DNA of 64,000 nucleotides from Schmidtea polychroa (Eukaryota): NCBI GenBank assembly GCA_044892525.1, contig CM097887.1, positions 102,216,397 to 102,280,396 of the forward strand, read 5' to 3'. Shown piece by piece: positions 13,823 to 27,349 of this stretch (position 1 is its first letter; each line of letters starts with the position of its first letter). The notes under the pieces were generated by a model. It saw only the letters and a program-made list of their open reading frames with translations, ran no database searches and was not told where the DNA came from. The position numbers and the translations under genes were made by a program.

Positions 13823-14134
13823 CCCATGTCGTACCAAGCCGGTCAAAATGACAAGCAAGTCAATCAATCAATCAAAAAGTTTAAATAATTATTTTGATTA
13901 TATTATTCAAAATTTATTATTATACTCTCTTATTATGTACTCTCCCCCACTCTATATTATTTGGAGGTCGCATTGCCATGCTTCACGATCGCGTGCCTGT
14001 CAGTGCGAGCTCAATTATGCATATAACACATGTTTTGTTTCTCTTTTATAACTCTATTTTAGTCAATATTTTTAAGTCGGTCAAAATGACCGGCTTGGTA
14101 TGCGACGTTCTAAAATGGCTTGGTAAATGGCGGG
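13823..14134. mobile_element. piggyBac-type MITE
   Basis: TTAA|CCC at 13819-13825 and GGG|TTAA at 14132-14138. Inverted TACCAAGCC(GGTC) motifs near both ends. Confidence 0.7.
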
Positions 14135-14263
14135 TTAAGCATAAAGAAATCATATTAATTTTAATTTTTATGAAAAATAGTATTACCTGAAGGCGAAAGT
14201 ATTGAATTATCATTTAAAGAGTATTTCTCAACATTTTTGATTGACAAGTCACTTTCGTTTGAG

Positions 14264-14455
14264 NNNNNNNNNNNNNNNNNNNNNNNNNNNNNNNNNNNNN
14301 NNNNNNNNNNNNNNNNNNNNNNNNNNNNNNNNNNNNNNNNNNNNNNNNNNNNNNNNNNNNNNNNNNNNNNNNNNNNNNNNNNNNNNNNNNNNNNNNNNNN
14401 NNNNNNNNNNNNNNNNNNNNNNNNNNNNNNNNNNNNNNNNNNNNNNNNNNNNNNN
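14264..14455. other. Assembly gap (N run)
   Basis: 192 N. Confidence 1.
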
Positions 14456-14899
14456 TTCAATATTTTAATTTGCAATCTTCAACGTTCATTTCTTTTATAT
14501 TCATTTTATTTAAATATCTCTAAAAAATACACCAAACTAATTATCTTCATAAGTGTAAAACATTGTATATTCTTCCATTTTATGAGTGGACTAAAAATAT
14601 TCCAACAAAGTCAACAAAAAGTCAAATTATTAAATCATTTAAGACTGCCGCGTGATATTTCGTATCAGTTAAGAGCGAACAGTAGAATTGAATCGGTGTC
14701 GTAAGCAAAAGTTTTAAGTCAAGCCATCGTTTTTTGTAGGATATGTACAAAGAAGTATTGATCTTGTTGCAGGAAAATTAGACGAGAAGAAGATGAATAC
14801 ATCTGAGTAAAGCAAAAAATTGCAGAATCTTAAACAATAAGATGTTTAAATATCAATCGTTGGAGCATTTATTCAATTCCTGCCCGAACAAAATTAATC

Positions 14900-16400
14900 C
14901 AAAATGTTACACCTGTGGAAGGACAGGGTATAGTTCTAAATTTTGTAAAGTGAATCAACAGGAAAATGGGAAAGAGGAATCATTTGTGGCGGTTTTTTCT
15001 CAATAATGGAGAAAATTGCGCGTGTCGTAATTGATGTAGTGGTTGCCGAAAAGAGGTGTAAAGCGTAAGTAGTCACAGGGTGCTCGCATACAATTGTAAA
15101 AAGTATCACGAAGACACGAAGTTTAGGCTGTTTATTGGCAGATAATATGATGCAGTGGTGAGGCACTAGTGATGATTGGCATAGGAAAGTCAGAGTATGA
15201 GGTAATATCATTGATAATGGATATAATTGTTCAGGGGGTTGACGTTATTATTAGGATAAATTTGATTCTAGAACTTGGTGGAATGAGTGTAACCAGAAAA
15301 GGAATCGTATCCAGAGTAGTCCGTAGAGTAACGGTAGTGGTCACAAATAGGAATGATGTTATTGAAGATGCGTATTTTTGTGCTTCATTCGATGGAGGTA
15401 AATAGAAAGTAGCATGGAAATGTAATGATGAGCAACCAGTTTTGAAAAGATGGATTGAAAATTATTGAATAAAAAAAGAGATAAGAGACAAGTTTGAAGA
15501 GTGGATTAACAAAGATTGGTTGCAAAGTCCAGGGACTACGAGAGTGGTATCATTCGTTTAATGGCGGTTGAACAGGAAAACAAAGGTTAAGTCAGACCGG
15601 TCCTCGACTTCGAAGGGCAAAATGAATATATTCAAAGTCACACTGAAAACAGCACCGTCTGTCACGAAAGCTTATGAAGATGGAGACAGATGGGTGAGAA
15701 TATGATTTTATTAGATCTGAAAAAAGCTTATTTCCAATTGCACAAAGGTGGATTACTGTGGAAATTTCAAACTATTATGTTTACTAATATTAATTACAAT
15801 TTAATGTGTATAGGATTTTGTCTTAGCAGTGCATCAAAAATCATGTCAGCAATTTTGGGGAAGATGTTAAAAATGGATGAATCAATCAATAAGGCGTGCT
15901 GTGGATGTATCATCAATAAACGTTGGACGGGTCGTGGGATTTTTGCGAAGTTTTGGATTAATATGGTCTAGAGATAACAATGTGGAATGTCCAGAAAGCG
16001 GATATTAGATGAGTAAAATTTTAATCATATAAACCTTACTGAACTAGAGTTGGTTCTTAAAGATCTGGAATTTGGAATTCAGTGTGACCTCAAAAGAATG
16101 GAAATAGTGACGGATTCTATATTTGTTACTGGGTGGTTGAGATTTGTTCTAAGTGACGACTACAAAGTAAAGTTTCAAGCTATTGCAGAAGCTTTAGTTA
16201 AACAGCGGTTAGCAATAATATCGAATTGTTTTGGAATTCGAGTTGGAAATCACGATTATATGGGTAAGGTCAGAATTAACAAAAAATGAATGAAAGTTCC
16301 TGCTGAAATGGCATGTATGACATTGTCAGTAAATGAAATCCGTACGAGACATGAATAGCATCCTTTTTGTATAGATAAATCGGTTTACTTTATACAGATT
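14900..16400 (+). pseudogene. Degenerate Gypsy-type gag-pol remnant (zinc knuckle, protease, RT, RNase H)
   Basis: KCYTCGRTGY knuckle at about 14903, A*VVTGCSHTIV protease-like motif, LDLKKAYFQL...GFCLSSASKIM RT motif. Many stops and frameshifts. Confidence 0.75.
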
Positions 16401-16463
16401 GGAAATCCGGAAACACCAACATCCGCAATCATAAAGTGGTCAAAGAATGCTTACAGTGTAGAC

Positions 16464-17035
16464 CAGGAGTACACAACCTTTTATAGTCAAGGGCCGAATT
16501 GTATTTTTATGAACAGTCGAGGGCCCAGGACAATATGATGCACAGCGGTAGTTATCTAAGTCTAATGCTAATCGAATAAGATGGATGTGACTGGATTCTC
16601 TTAACGATTTTCTCAATGTTTGGTTGTAATTCAGTTGTTGCAATCTTCAAAATAGAGTTGAGGTTCCTATCAGTGAGGTTTGATCTCAGCTTATTTTTAT
16701 TGAGGTTCATGATTGAGAATGTTTGCTCACATATGCAGGTACTTCTAAACTGTGAAAACAACTTTAAAGCCATGCTCTTAATTTTGCCATATTCCTATAA
16801 ATGCCAAATCATTTTTCAGTTCGTCATAATCGGCAGAATGTTTCGTTTCGTAGTGTCTTCTGCAGTTAAATTCTTTCATAACGCTGAGTGGTTCTCGACA
16901 AATTAACAAACTGCTTTGCCGTTTAAAACAATTCATAAAATACTGAAATGTTCACTCGCCATTGAACTGACGATTCTATTCATCAACCTTACGCTTTTTG
17001 GTTCCAATTTTCGACAGCTTTGTTGTAGTCATGTT
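16464..17035 (-). mobile_element. Internally deleted Buster/GTF2IRD2-type hAT element (one end)
   Basis: TIR CAGGAGTACACAACC preceded by gtgTAgac. C-terminal fragment FRSTCICEQTFSIMNLNKNKLRSNLTD lies close to N-terminal KRKVDDE. The second TIR was not found. Confidence 0.75.
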
Positions 17036-17112
17036 AATTTAGAATCTAAATTTTAGGTATTATCAATATAAGATAAACATTACAAGCTTTGTGATACCCA
17101 GTGCAAATCCCA

Positions 17113-17154
17113 ATAGTAGACTAGTTTCGAGCTTTTGGCCCTCATCAGTAATAT
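17113..17154 (-). ncRNA. Minimal type I hammerhead ribozyme, copy 1
   Basis: ATATTA-CTGATGA-GGGC-CAAAA-GCTC-GAAAC-TA-GTC-TACTAT. Intact core and GUC triplet. Confidence 0.85.
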
Positions 17155-17483
17155 GCAGCAGACGCGAAGATATCTCTTCGCACCAGGTAAGTATACAATA
17201 TTGCTGATTCAACTTTATTGCATACTTTCCCTGTTACACTGGAAATCACATCACTTGCAAATTCGCTAAATCACAGAAAAAAATATCTGCAAACTTGTAA
17301 ACATGGCGTATGAAAAATCATATTCGCCTCTGGAGACACCGTCATACACAGAAACTGTTTACAAGTGCGTCCGTAAACTTTTAGCATTTTTTACTTGTAA
17401 TGGATTAAAATATTTTTTTACGGATGTCTAACAATAAAATAAGATAAACATTACAAGCTTTGTGATACCCAGTGCAAATCCTA

Positions 17484-17525
17484 ATAGTAAACTAGTTTCG
17501 AGCTTTTGGCTCTCATCAGTACTAT
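17484..17525 (-). ncRNA. Minimal type I hammerhead ribozyme, copy 2
   Basis: ATAGTA-CTGATGA-GAGC-CAAAA-GCTC-GAAAC-TA-GTT-TACTAT. Perfect 6-bp stem I, GUU triplet. Confidence 0.8.
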
Positions 17526-17719
17526 GCAGGAGACGCGAAGATTTCTCTTCGCGCCAGGAGGTATACAATATTGCTGATTCAACTCTATTGCATACTTCAT
17601 CTGCTACACTGGAAATCACATTATTATCAATATAAAATTAATAATAATTTTTTGATAATATAATTAATAATATATTTTTTTAATTATTAATCTTGATTTG
17701 ATATATTCCTACTCATGGC

Positions 17720-18035
17720 GTTTTTAACCCATCATGCTGACAAAAAACAAGTGGATTGTCGGTTTACACTCAGAGAGATGGTATTTGTCAAACTGGTGAT
17801 AGCAAAGTCTACGTCTAAATGGAATATGGGATGGTCACAAAGGTAAACGTTGATGATGTTCCAAGACACATTGTGGATATCAGGTCAAGTGAAGGGATCA
17901 ATGCGGAACAAAAGTTGAGCAAGATAGAAGATAAGAAGAAATCAACCCAATGGTATATGCCACAATCAGATGTAGAGGAAGATGAAACAAATGAGTTGTC
18001 GAATCATTCTAACACATCAGTTGACGAAGGGTTAT
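17720..18035 (+). pseudogene. Integrase C-terminal remnant, probably of the 14.9-16.4 kb Gypsy element
   Basis: FTLREMVFVK...TSKW..GMVTKVNVDDVPRHIVDIR resembles the C-terminal end of Gypsy integrases. Confidence 0.6.
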
Positions 18036-18510
18036 AAGAGGTTATCTGCATGATTTTATTGTAGATCGTGATGATCAAGGAATTGTGATAAATTAAATTA
18101 AATAAACTTTATTTTAATAATCAGATTTGTCAGTGAAATTTATTTTTAAATTGTATCTTATATTTCGTTATTTTTGCCTCTTTAAAAATGAGATTTTTTG
18201 ATTTTTGTTATTGGCTATGATTTTTCCTGATATAGTTTTCCTCTTTATTTGTTGATCTTGATGATATTGATAATATGTTTCAAAAAGATAATATTAATTG
18301 CCAGTAACATAATTCCGCTTTATCATGAAGTATTTTTTCTAATAAAGTAAAGTAGTAATCTAATATTAGTGGAAATATAAATAAACTGATTTGATATAAA
18401 TATTGATTAAACTGTCAAAATATATCGTAAAACGTATGTTTGAGTGCCGCTTTTTTATAATTATTAATTAAACAGTTACTTTAATCAATAAATACAGTAA
18501 ATATGGTTAC

Positions 18511-18725
18511 CTTTTTAAAGGAAACTGGAGAACAATTTTCACTTAATGGCTGGACAAAGTTGCTAGGAAAGATTCCTATTTCTCCAGTTCTTTTAATTCC
18601 TTTCCACCAGCCATCGTCTATAAGATTTTTATTCAAGACTTTTATAACATCTCCCACTTCAATTGTGATTTCATCAGGATTTTCAGCTTTATATGAAAAT
18701 ATGGCTTCTACAATCACTGACTCTA
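18511..18725 (-). CDS. SH3-domain exon, likely an internal exon of the CD2AP/CIN85-like gene
   Basis: AIFSYKAENPDEITIEVGDVIKVL...DDGWWKG...GIFPSNFV. Acceptor TTTCAAG at 18726 and donor GTAACC at 18510. The link to the 34 kb exon is inferred. Confidence 0.75.
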
Positions 18726-19609
18726 CTTGAAAGAAATTCTAATTAATTAATTTAAGTGAAAAGTCTTAAAGATATATTTATTTTCAAAAAAATAATTATT
18801 ATTTATTCAATTTTATTATAATTCAACTAACATTATGCTTATATTTTAAACCGGTTCCAAATTGAATCTACTATAAGCAGACAAGTGAAATGCCAAGTGA
18901 CATTTTTGTGATTGTTAATGTCACTAACGCGCAATTAACTCAAATTTTTGTGCTCATTTTTTATTTTGATGAATGTGAATTGAATTGGATGTATTTGGCA
19001 TTTCGACATCAAATTCGAACTGTTTTATTTAAGTATCCTTTAGTCAAGTGTACAAATTTATTTACATGAAATTTGTACCATATATGATAATTATTTTTTA
19101 CTTAAATCCCATTATAAATACAATTATTATAACAGGTTTATTTGAGCTTAGAAAAATAATAATTGTTTAATTACCAACGTATGTGTCTCCACATTCGTCA
19201 TACTTAATTTTTTTTATTTTTAAAGATATTTTAATTTAACTACAAAATATTTCTCAACACAATTTTTATGAAATCAATATTTTTATTCAAAATTCCTGTA
19301 TTTTTATAAAACCAATAATAAATTTCTGTTGCTAGACTGAAAAGATAAAGATACATAACAAAATTTCTTAGAGTGACAGAATTGTAGACAGTAATATTTT
19401 GCATGTTGGTGTCACCCAGTTTGGTATACAGCCCCTCAACTCCGTAGTGACGCCAGTGATTGCAAAACTTTCCGTTACACAAATTGCATTTAATTAATAT
19501 TTCTAGTCAAAACTCTTGCTTTTGTTAGTACACATTTTATTAAAAAATCATATTAACTTAGGCATGATGGCATAGAAATTTAAACTGATATTAATTTTTT
19601 GATTTATAC

Positions 19610-20170
19610 AAAATAATGCTGTTCACAAACTTCACAAACTTCGAAAACTTTCACTTTTACTTGAAAATTTGAAACTCAGTTATCAAGATGGAATATTGGT
19701 ACCGTTTAGGTATTTGGCATTTTGCCAATATATAAAAAATAAACAGCATAAGTCCGGCATAAAACTTTTCAAATTAAGCACCGAAAAGGGTTGCGCGTAC
19801 AACTTAATTGTTTACTGCGGTAAAAAAGAAAACAATTGAATTCATAATACTCCAACACCTGTTGATATGAATCTTATAATAATTTGTTGGATAAAGGTTA
19901 TACTTTGTACAGGCAATCATTACACCAGTATGGTGCTGGAATATAAAGTTTTTTGATCAAAAAACCCATTTAGTTGAAAGATAAAAGAAAAATACAATTC
20001 CTCGATGTACAAATGAATAATGGCAATATTATTGGAAAAGAAAATTATAGTGGCATTGTAATATCTAAATAAAAAGATGCACAGGTTCTAAATAAAACAG
20101 TAGAAAATCCAAAAAATGTAGTCTACTTCAATAATTATAAAGTATTTATAGATCTTTTTGACCAAATTAA
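19610..20170 (+). pseudogene. piggyBac (PGBD4-like) transposase remnant
   Basis: QYIKNKQHKSGIKLFKL...GCAYNLIVYCGK, LLDKGYTLY, YFNNYKVFIDLFDQ motifs, with frameshifts. Confidence 0.75.
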
Positions 20171-21284
20171 AGTTTAGAATTCTTCTTTGTGGTATCAAAT
20201 GACACAGGAAATCTAACATAGATTTACATTTTTGATCAACAATAGTAAATGCTTATATTACATTTTCTAATGTAACAAAAAATAACCATTCAAACTGTGT
20301 AAGGAACCTTTGACAATCAGCAAAGAATCATACTCAGATTGATTTTCTCTTAGTGCAACTTTTTCGTACAACATATTTGCATGCCAAATGCACTGTCTGA
20401 ACCACATGGTCATGCTTTGTGAAGTTTCATATAACTTTTATGTAATTTGAGAAGCAAGGTTTGTTGTACTTAGCCCAATGGGAAGATGATGCGTGACACA
20501 AACCCTGTCTACAGTACGTGTGAAACATGTTCAAAGTGTTAATAATAACAAAGTTGTCTCAACCAACGAAAAAGTAGCAACTAACAGGTTATTGTTTTCT
20601 GATACAGGTTAAAAGTCCTAAGACGATGGCATATTTAAATAATCCGGGATGGCCCGTTGATTATTCAGTGAGCACTACACGAATATTATTAATAACAATA
20701 AATTTCTAAAATTTTCACTTTTTTAATTAAATTTTACATTAATAAAAATTTTAACAATATTAGATTAAATGATGATTCGATTGAAAATAATTAAATTGAA
20801 AATATGCATCATAAAACGAATGATCAACCTAAATTAAAACAAATTTTCAATTACAAATCTGTCATCTTCAGGGTATTAAATTTAATTTGAATTTTTGTTT
20901 ATATGTGTCAAAATTGATCAAAATTATTCTGGCTCTATATTTTAAAATTAGTAAATTTATCAATGTAACATACAAACAAATTAAAAGTTATTTAAAATTT
21001 ATTATAAAAATGGAAATTTTTTAAATATTACCATTTAATGAGTTATTTATATGAGATTTTTCTTTTATGGATTTCACTTTTTGGCCATTCGAATGAGGCT
21101 TCAGCTTTAAATATTTTAATAAAATACAAAACATTAAAAATGTAAGTTTAATATAAAGTTAAATGAAATATTTTATTTACCTTTCTCTTTATTTTTTAAT
21201 TCAGCCAATAACACAAATAACAATAACACAATAACAATAATGACAAAGGAACACAAGTGACCTTTCACAGATTGGAAACACCGA

Positions 21285-21615
21285 TAAAACACCCCTGACT
21301 TTTGATATGCCATACAACAGGACAATAAACGTGAAGGGTGAAAAAAACTGTGTCAATTCGAACTCGAGAAGCATCACTTTACTGTCATGATGGCATATAC
21401 CGCAGATGGAGGAAAGTTGCCTCCGTACATCGTTTTTAAAAGGAAGACCCTTTCAAAACTGCAATTTCCAAAAGGTGTACACACCCATGTCCGTGAGAAG
21501 GCTTGGATGGATGAAGCACTGACTATTGATTGGTTAAAACGTGTTTTTGGGTATCGTACAAATGGTCTAAGAAAATTACCTTCCATGTTGGTGCTCGATT
21601 CGTTCCGGAGTCATC
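21285..21615 (+). pseudogene. pogo/POGK-like DDE transposase fragment
   Basis: TPLTFDMP..., TADGGKLPPYIVFKRKT...KAWMDE...LVLDSFRSH. Confidence 0.85.
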
Positions 21616-23451
21616 GGATAATAAGACAACGAGATAAATCATTCATTCTGACAAAAGATCAAAAATTTAATTCTATGCAAGAAAATTTTGGTTTTCTTTA
21701 TTAAGTGTTATAAGTGACTTACAATTGTTTTGTTGTGTCTTTCAATTTTACAGTAATAATACACGGCACCTGTTGACAAATCTAGATCCACGAAGAATAA
21801 TATTTATTGTGTGAAGAGATTGGTAAGTTCGAGAACGGTAGCGTATGTTGATAAAAAAGAGAAATGTGGTGAAAAGATTGATCTATCGTTCATCATTTTT
21901 ATCTTCTACTTTTGCAATTTCAGTAACAGTAAAGATAAAAATTGGTTGAGTTATTGATGAAGAATGGGTATTCAAAATTGTTTTTATTAATGATAATAAA
22001 AGATACTTTTGATAAATGAGCAGGGATGATGAGTCTAAATTTGTATTGGAATTGCCGTAATCTGAATGTTAGAAAGATTATAAAGATTATAATATAAACA
22101 AGTTGGTGAACAATTTTAATTATAGGATTGCTTCTTATTTGTGCAAATATGCAATATATAATATATAATAAGCCTCAAACTCTGATTTAATTGTTGGTTT
22201 GATCATCTCTGTATTCAAATTATTGCACAATGTTGACCGAGGGGATTGATCAATATTAGTGAACGGAATAGGAGCTGTATCGGTAAGATAGATATGTCTG
22301 ATATTAAAATTTCATTAAAACTTATTGAGAAGCGCATTTGATAAAATCAATGGATCCGAAATTTAATATCCAAAAAGCTACAAAACGTATTTTTTTACAT
22401 ATTTTGAATGTTAATTTGAGGGTATGTGAATTGTTGTTTTGTTTTCAAATATATTGAATGATTAAATTTAAATTATTACGGGTGTGAATTAAATATAAAT
22501 CTTTTTCAATATTTAAGTTATTTTGAAAATAATGTTTAATTTAAAGATAAATAATCATTTCAATTAAACTAAAAATTAAAAATAATAATTTTGTAACTTA
22601 TCATATCTGATGATTACAATGAGACTGTCGAAATATATCGTAAATATAATAATTTTAATAATAATAATATTGTTGAAATTTTTTTATTTTGATTCTAATA
22701 TTATTGAAATTCACAGAATATTAAATAAAATAATTCAGAGCTTGGCGATGGGAATTAATTCAATGGAAATTATTTCTAATTTTCCCATGTATGCTACTTT
22801 TATTATTGTTATAAAGTGCAATAAATATAACAAATAATATTAAGCATTAGGTTATATAATATTACATTTTTCGGGAAAAGGAACATATAACTGGGAAGAG
22901 TTAAAATTCACTCTAAAAAAAAAATTATTTATCCTCAAGATTTTTTAGATCATTTCAAAACTTGGCTAGATTGTGCCGCTTAATGTGAAAAAAAATAAGT
23001 TAAATTCGAATTAAAATATTTACAAATGAAAAATAGATGGGTTAAATGAACCTTAGTTTTAGCATTGAGATTATCTCCAACAAAATCTTCAACAATGGAA
23101 TTTGTTCCATTTTCTTTATTTGACATATCTGAATTAATAATAACGAAAAAAATTATTAATAAAATTTATTATTAGTTATTGAATATTTGGTGTTTACAGT
23201 GTTTATATGTAAAAATAATTACTAAAAATTCAAAAGTTATAAAAAAATTTATGCTATAAGCATTTCAAAGAACAACGAATAGAATCTTAAATCTTAGGAA
23301 TAAGAAAATTATTTTGTCCTTTCAACAATGATCTATTTTCATTTTCAACTTGCTTTTTCTTCACTTTCTAGTTTATAAAATGAATTATTGATCTACAATC
23401 TCAACAGAAATCAAGGTAAAATTTTTTTGGAAATGGTAATTCGTGTATATA

Positions 23452-23880
23452 CAGTGTCTGCTTCGGAATAAGTCCAACTTGGTATACATCCTGTTTGGAC
23501 GCGAAACATTTTGCTTGGTATACGACCTTCGTTTGGAATACGTCTAGTGTACATGCAAGAACTTGTTAGTTAAAATGAGTCACACGACGCGACACTCTTG
23601 CAAGACCAGACAATGTCAAATTTTCGAAATATTCTGAGAAGGTAAAAGCAAAGTTCTTTAGACAGATTTTTAGTTAAAGTCTACCTAATGAGCCTCAACC
23701 AGACTCATCTAGAGAAAAGAGACAGCAAAAAGAAAAATCAACAGAATGTCATATTCCTGAAGTTTAATTAGAAGCGGATTCTCCTTCCAAACAATAACAT
23801 CTGCCTCAGCATCATAAGTACTTCATTTTTCTCACCGAGGCAATGTGAGATTAAATGTTCATTTATTTCACCTAAGTCCT
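23452..23880 (+). mobile_element. Possible Tigger-like MITE fragment
   Basis: TA|CAGTG start with repeated TTGGTATAC(G)/TTTGGA motifs. The right TIR was not found. Confidence 0.35.
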
Positions 23881-24504
23881 TTTTTATTTATGTAGGCTCT
23901 GACACCTCTGTGGTTGTGAGTTCGGACACCCCTGTCTGGCATTCTACTGTACAAGGCCATGTCTGTCACCAGAGGGCGTATGACAGTGAAACGATAAAGA
24001 CTTCATGTTATCTTTCTTTCGTTATATGTATTCAATTATGTATTATGTATTATAAATTTAGTTACACTTTTTGTTTAAATTTATCATTGTTTTAATCCAA
24101 ATCCACATTTATCTATTTTAGTAGTAAGTGTTAAAATTGTTTTATATAACCATGTCAATGTATAATATGCCAAAAAAATAGGATTTTTTTCTTTGAAACA
24201 GATTAATCATTTTCTTTTTATTTATTATGAGATCTATATATTAAATTCTTCGTTTTGCATAAAAAAACGTGTAGTGAAATCTTTCACCTGTTATAAGTGA
24301 TCTACCAGAAGGATTCCCTATCGATGATTATTGTTTTTGGACAAGGGAGTTCAAAGGAGAGCTTGCCTCAGATTTTAGTGAAAATGAAAGCCAGCCACCA
24401 GAAACTCTACCGTCTTTTGATGAAAATTACAAAAATTAAGAAAAGCGTGGAATTACCAAAAGAATGATGTCAACGCATATGAGTATTAGTGGTTCACTGT
24501 CCAT

Positions 24505-27349
24505 TAGGGTGGAGTGAAAATGACCGAAAAAAAATTTTTTGACTTAGTAGACTTTGGATAGTTATAAAAACTTGCTATGAGGTCCAATGAAGTACTCTGT
24601 AAAGAAAAACAATAATTTAAATAATGTCTTGAGGTTCCACAACCAACTTTAAAATGTAACCATTGATAAGAAAACGATAATGTATTTGCTATTATTGACA
24701 TATTATTGAAGTCATTGATGGCATTTAAATAATATTTTCATTACTTTTAATAGCAAAATATTTGCCACCCATACACTATGGATTTTAAATGCCTCTGGTT
24801 TTCCTTTTTAGAGTTGCAATGGCTGTAACCAGAAAGAAAGTGTCTTGTGTCATCTTTGGTGGTCCATCCGAGATGCCCGACAATCAACTACCGACTTATG
24901 CAGATGTTATGAAATTCTACAACCTGACAAAGCAGAGACTGAAATGCGAATTGAACAATAAAGATCCTTCACATCGCAACGTGGTAGAAACAGTGTCAAT
25001 GAAAGTAGAACAAATATGGGACAAAGCTCCCATACCACATGTAAGCCACCGCCGTGTTCATGAAATGTTGAACGTGTACCACAAGACGTTCATGAAATTG
25101 CTGAAGCCGTATAAATCTAGGAAGGACTCAGAACCATACAGAGAGAAAATATCGCAGTTTAAAGATGAATCGATTAAACTCTTTGACATTTGCTCCTGCA
25201 AGTGCTCTTGTATGTCTCAGTGTCACTGTGAGAAGTCAAGAAAGATACCCACAATTGAACGTGACTTTCTAGAAGATCAGCGGGGTTCACGCTGTATGAT
25301 CATAGCTGGAGTTGATGAGTTTGAATCCAGTATATTACAAAAGCGGTATATCCGTAAAGAGTCGACACAGAGGCAGATGTGTACCAAACCTGCCATTGAT
25401 GACATCGGTGATAAACAGTCGGATGTCTGTGACGAGATTTCTGGAATGGAAGAGGAAATGGATACCGGCGATGATGACTCTGATGACGATTGTATAAGCC
25501 AAATTAAACAACAGCGAAAATTGAATGACAAGCAGATGAGAGTTAAGCTACCGTCGTTGGCTTTTGCGTGTGATCGACATGGCGTATCCGACAGGGCGGC
25601 AGCAGGAATCGCCAGTGCTGTTCTTCAAGATGTTGGAATAATCCACGAACATGATGTTTCTAAAGTGATTGACAGAAGTAAAGTGCGTCGAGAACGTTGT
25701 AATAAGCGTGGCGCATTATGTGCCGAAGTCAGTAACACAATCACTGGGTTATATTTTGACGGCAGAAAAGACAATACAATGACCCAAATTAAAGAATGCG
25801 ATGGTAAATTTCATCGGAAAATAATAACTGAAGAACATATATCGATTATAGCCGAACCAGGAGCTACATATTTCGGTCACATTACACCAACTGCAGGGTC
25901 AAGCAAAGTTATCACGGCTGAGTTGATTGCATATTTGAATAAAAGAAATGTTGACACGAGTGGCATAAAAGCAATAGGTTGTGATGGGACAGCCACTAAT
26001 ACGGGCATTCGAGGAGGCATCATTCGATTACTTGAAGTGACGTTACACAGACCGCTACAGTGGTTCGTATGTCAGTTGCATGCAAACGAATTACCGTTAA
26101 GACATTTGTTTCAGTATCTCGATGGACCTACCAATGGTCCAAAAGGATTTTCTGGTCCCATTGGAAAGTCATTGTTGAATTGTGAGAAGCTTCCCATCGT
26201 TGACTACATGCCGATAAATTACCGTCAAGTGCAAATTCCGACGATTTAAGTACAGATCAGAAATACCTGTTCGATTTGTGTACTGCTGTAAGTGTTGGTA
26301 TTTGTCCTGTCGACCATTCACTTCGCAATCCTGGTCTTATCAACCATTCGAGATGGTTAACCACGGCTAATCGCATACTACGTCTGTATGTTGCCACAAG
26401 AAGCCCGTCGGATAAACTAAAGACGCTTGCTACCTTCATCGTAACAGTTTATGCACCTGCATGGTTTGAAATAAAGAATACCCCTTCGTGTAAAGACGGC
26501 GCTCGACATGTCCACAGTACGATACTGAAATCACGCTACCTCACAGACGAGCTGAAGAAAGTTGTTGACCCGGTAATTCAACGCAACGCATTCTTTAGTC
26601 ATCCAGAAAATCTGTTGCTTGCGATGCTTACCGATGAAAGATCAGATATAAGCGAGTTAGCTGTGCGACGCATACTGAAATCCAGAAAGCAGAAACGTAC
26701 GACTTCAGTTAGATCTTTCTGCGTGCCAGTAATCAACTTTGAAGCTACAAGCTACATAGACATGATCGATTGGCAGAAAACTCCGATCACAGAGCCTCCA
26801 ATCGTAGTGGACATTGACGAAGATACTTTGTTAACCATGATCCGGGAAGAAGAAACGCCAAGACTGGATTTCGCCCGCTATCCTTGTCACACCCAGGCAG
26901 TAGAGAGACATATCAAGCTAGTGACAGAAGCATCCGAAATGGTGTGTGGTCCAGAAAAACGCGACGGATTCATTAGAGCACGCTTGGAATCGAGATTGAA
27001 AATGCCAAAACTGGACACCAAAGCCCAACATCATTTGTAGTTATAAAAACATGTTAGACAGTTTGCATGTGGTTTCCCTTCACAGATATGGTTCTTATTA
27101 CTTGTAATGTTATGTACAGACTGTTAAAAAGTTAAACCATAACATGAATATGTTACTTATAAAAAAATGTTTTTTTTAAAGATTATTGCTTTTTTATCGA
27201 AATATGCCTATACTTTAGGTCAATTGTGGAACCTCAAGATATGCTTTAAATTGTCTAATTGTTTGCCACATTACTAATTGCATGTGTTACCAAGTTTTTA
27301 TAGCTATCCAAACAAGATATTAAGGAAAAAAATTTTTCACTCCACCCTA
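24505..27349 (+). mobile_element. Full-length hAT-superfamily (hATm-like) DNA transposon
   Basis: Perfect 16-bp TIRs TAGGGTGGAGTGAAAA (24505-24520 and 27334-27349). 8-bp TSD CTGTCCAT (24497-24504 and 27350-27357). Inner inverted repeat TCTTGAGGTTCCACAA (24627-24642 and 27224-27239). Confidence 0.92.
24789..27040 (+). pseudogene. hATm-type transposase, about 740 aa, split by one frameshift near 26215-26245
   Basis: FDGRKD, GCDGTATNTG, WFVCQLHANELPLRH, HSRWLTTANR and PCHTQAVERHIKLVTEAS motifs. The second frame is already open upstream as LPSSANSDDLSTDQKYL. Confidence 0.85.

Larger units (their letters stand above)
17072..17621 (-). mobile_element. Penelope/retrozyme-like partial tandem (371-nt unit plus 5'-truncated copy) with 14-bp TSD
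   Basis: Direct repeats are offset by 371 nt (17071 and 17442). Flanking TATTATCAATATAA at 17058-17071 and 17622-17635. Each copy contains a hammerhead. Confidence 0.8.

Noticed and set aside
12009-14704. ORFs of 75-155 aa containing X runs
   Set aside because: Artefacts of N gaps.
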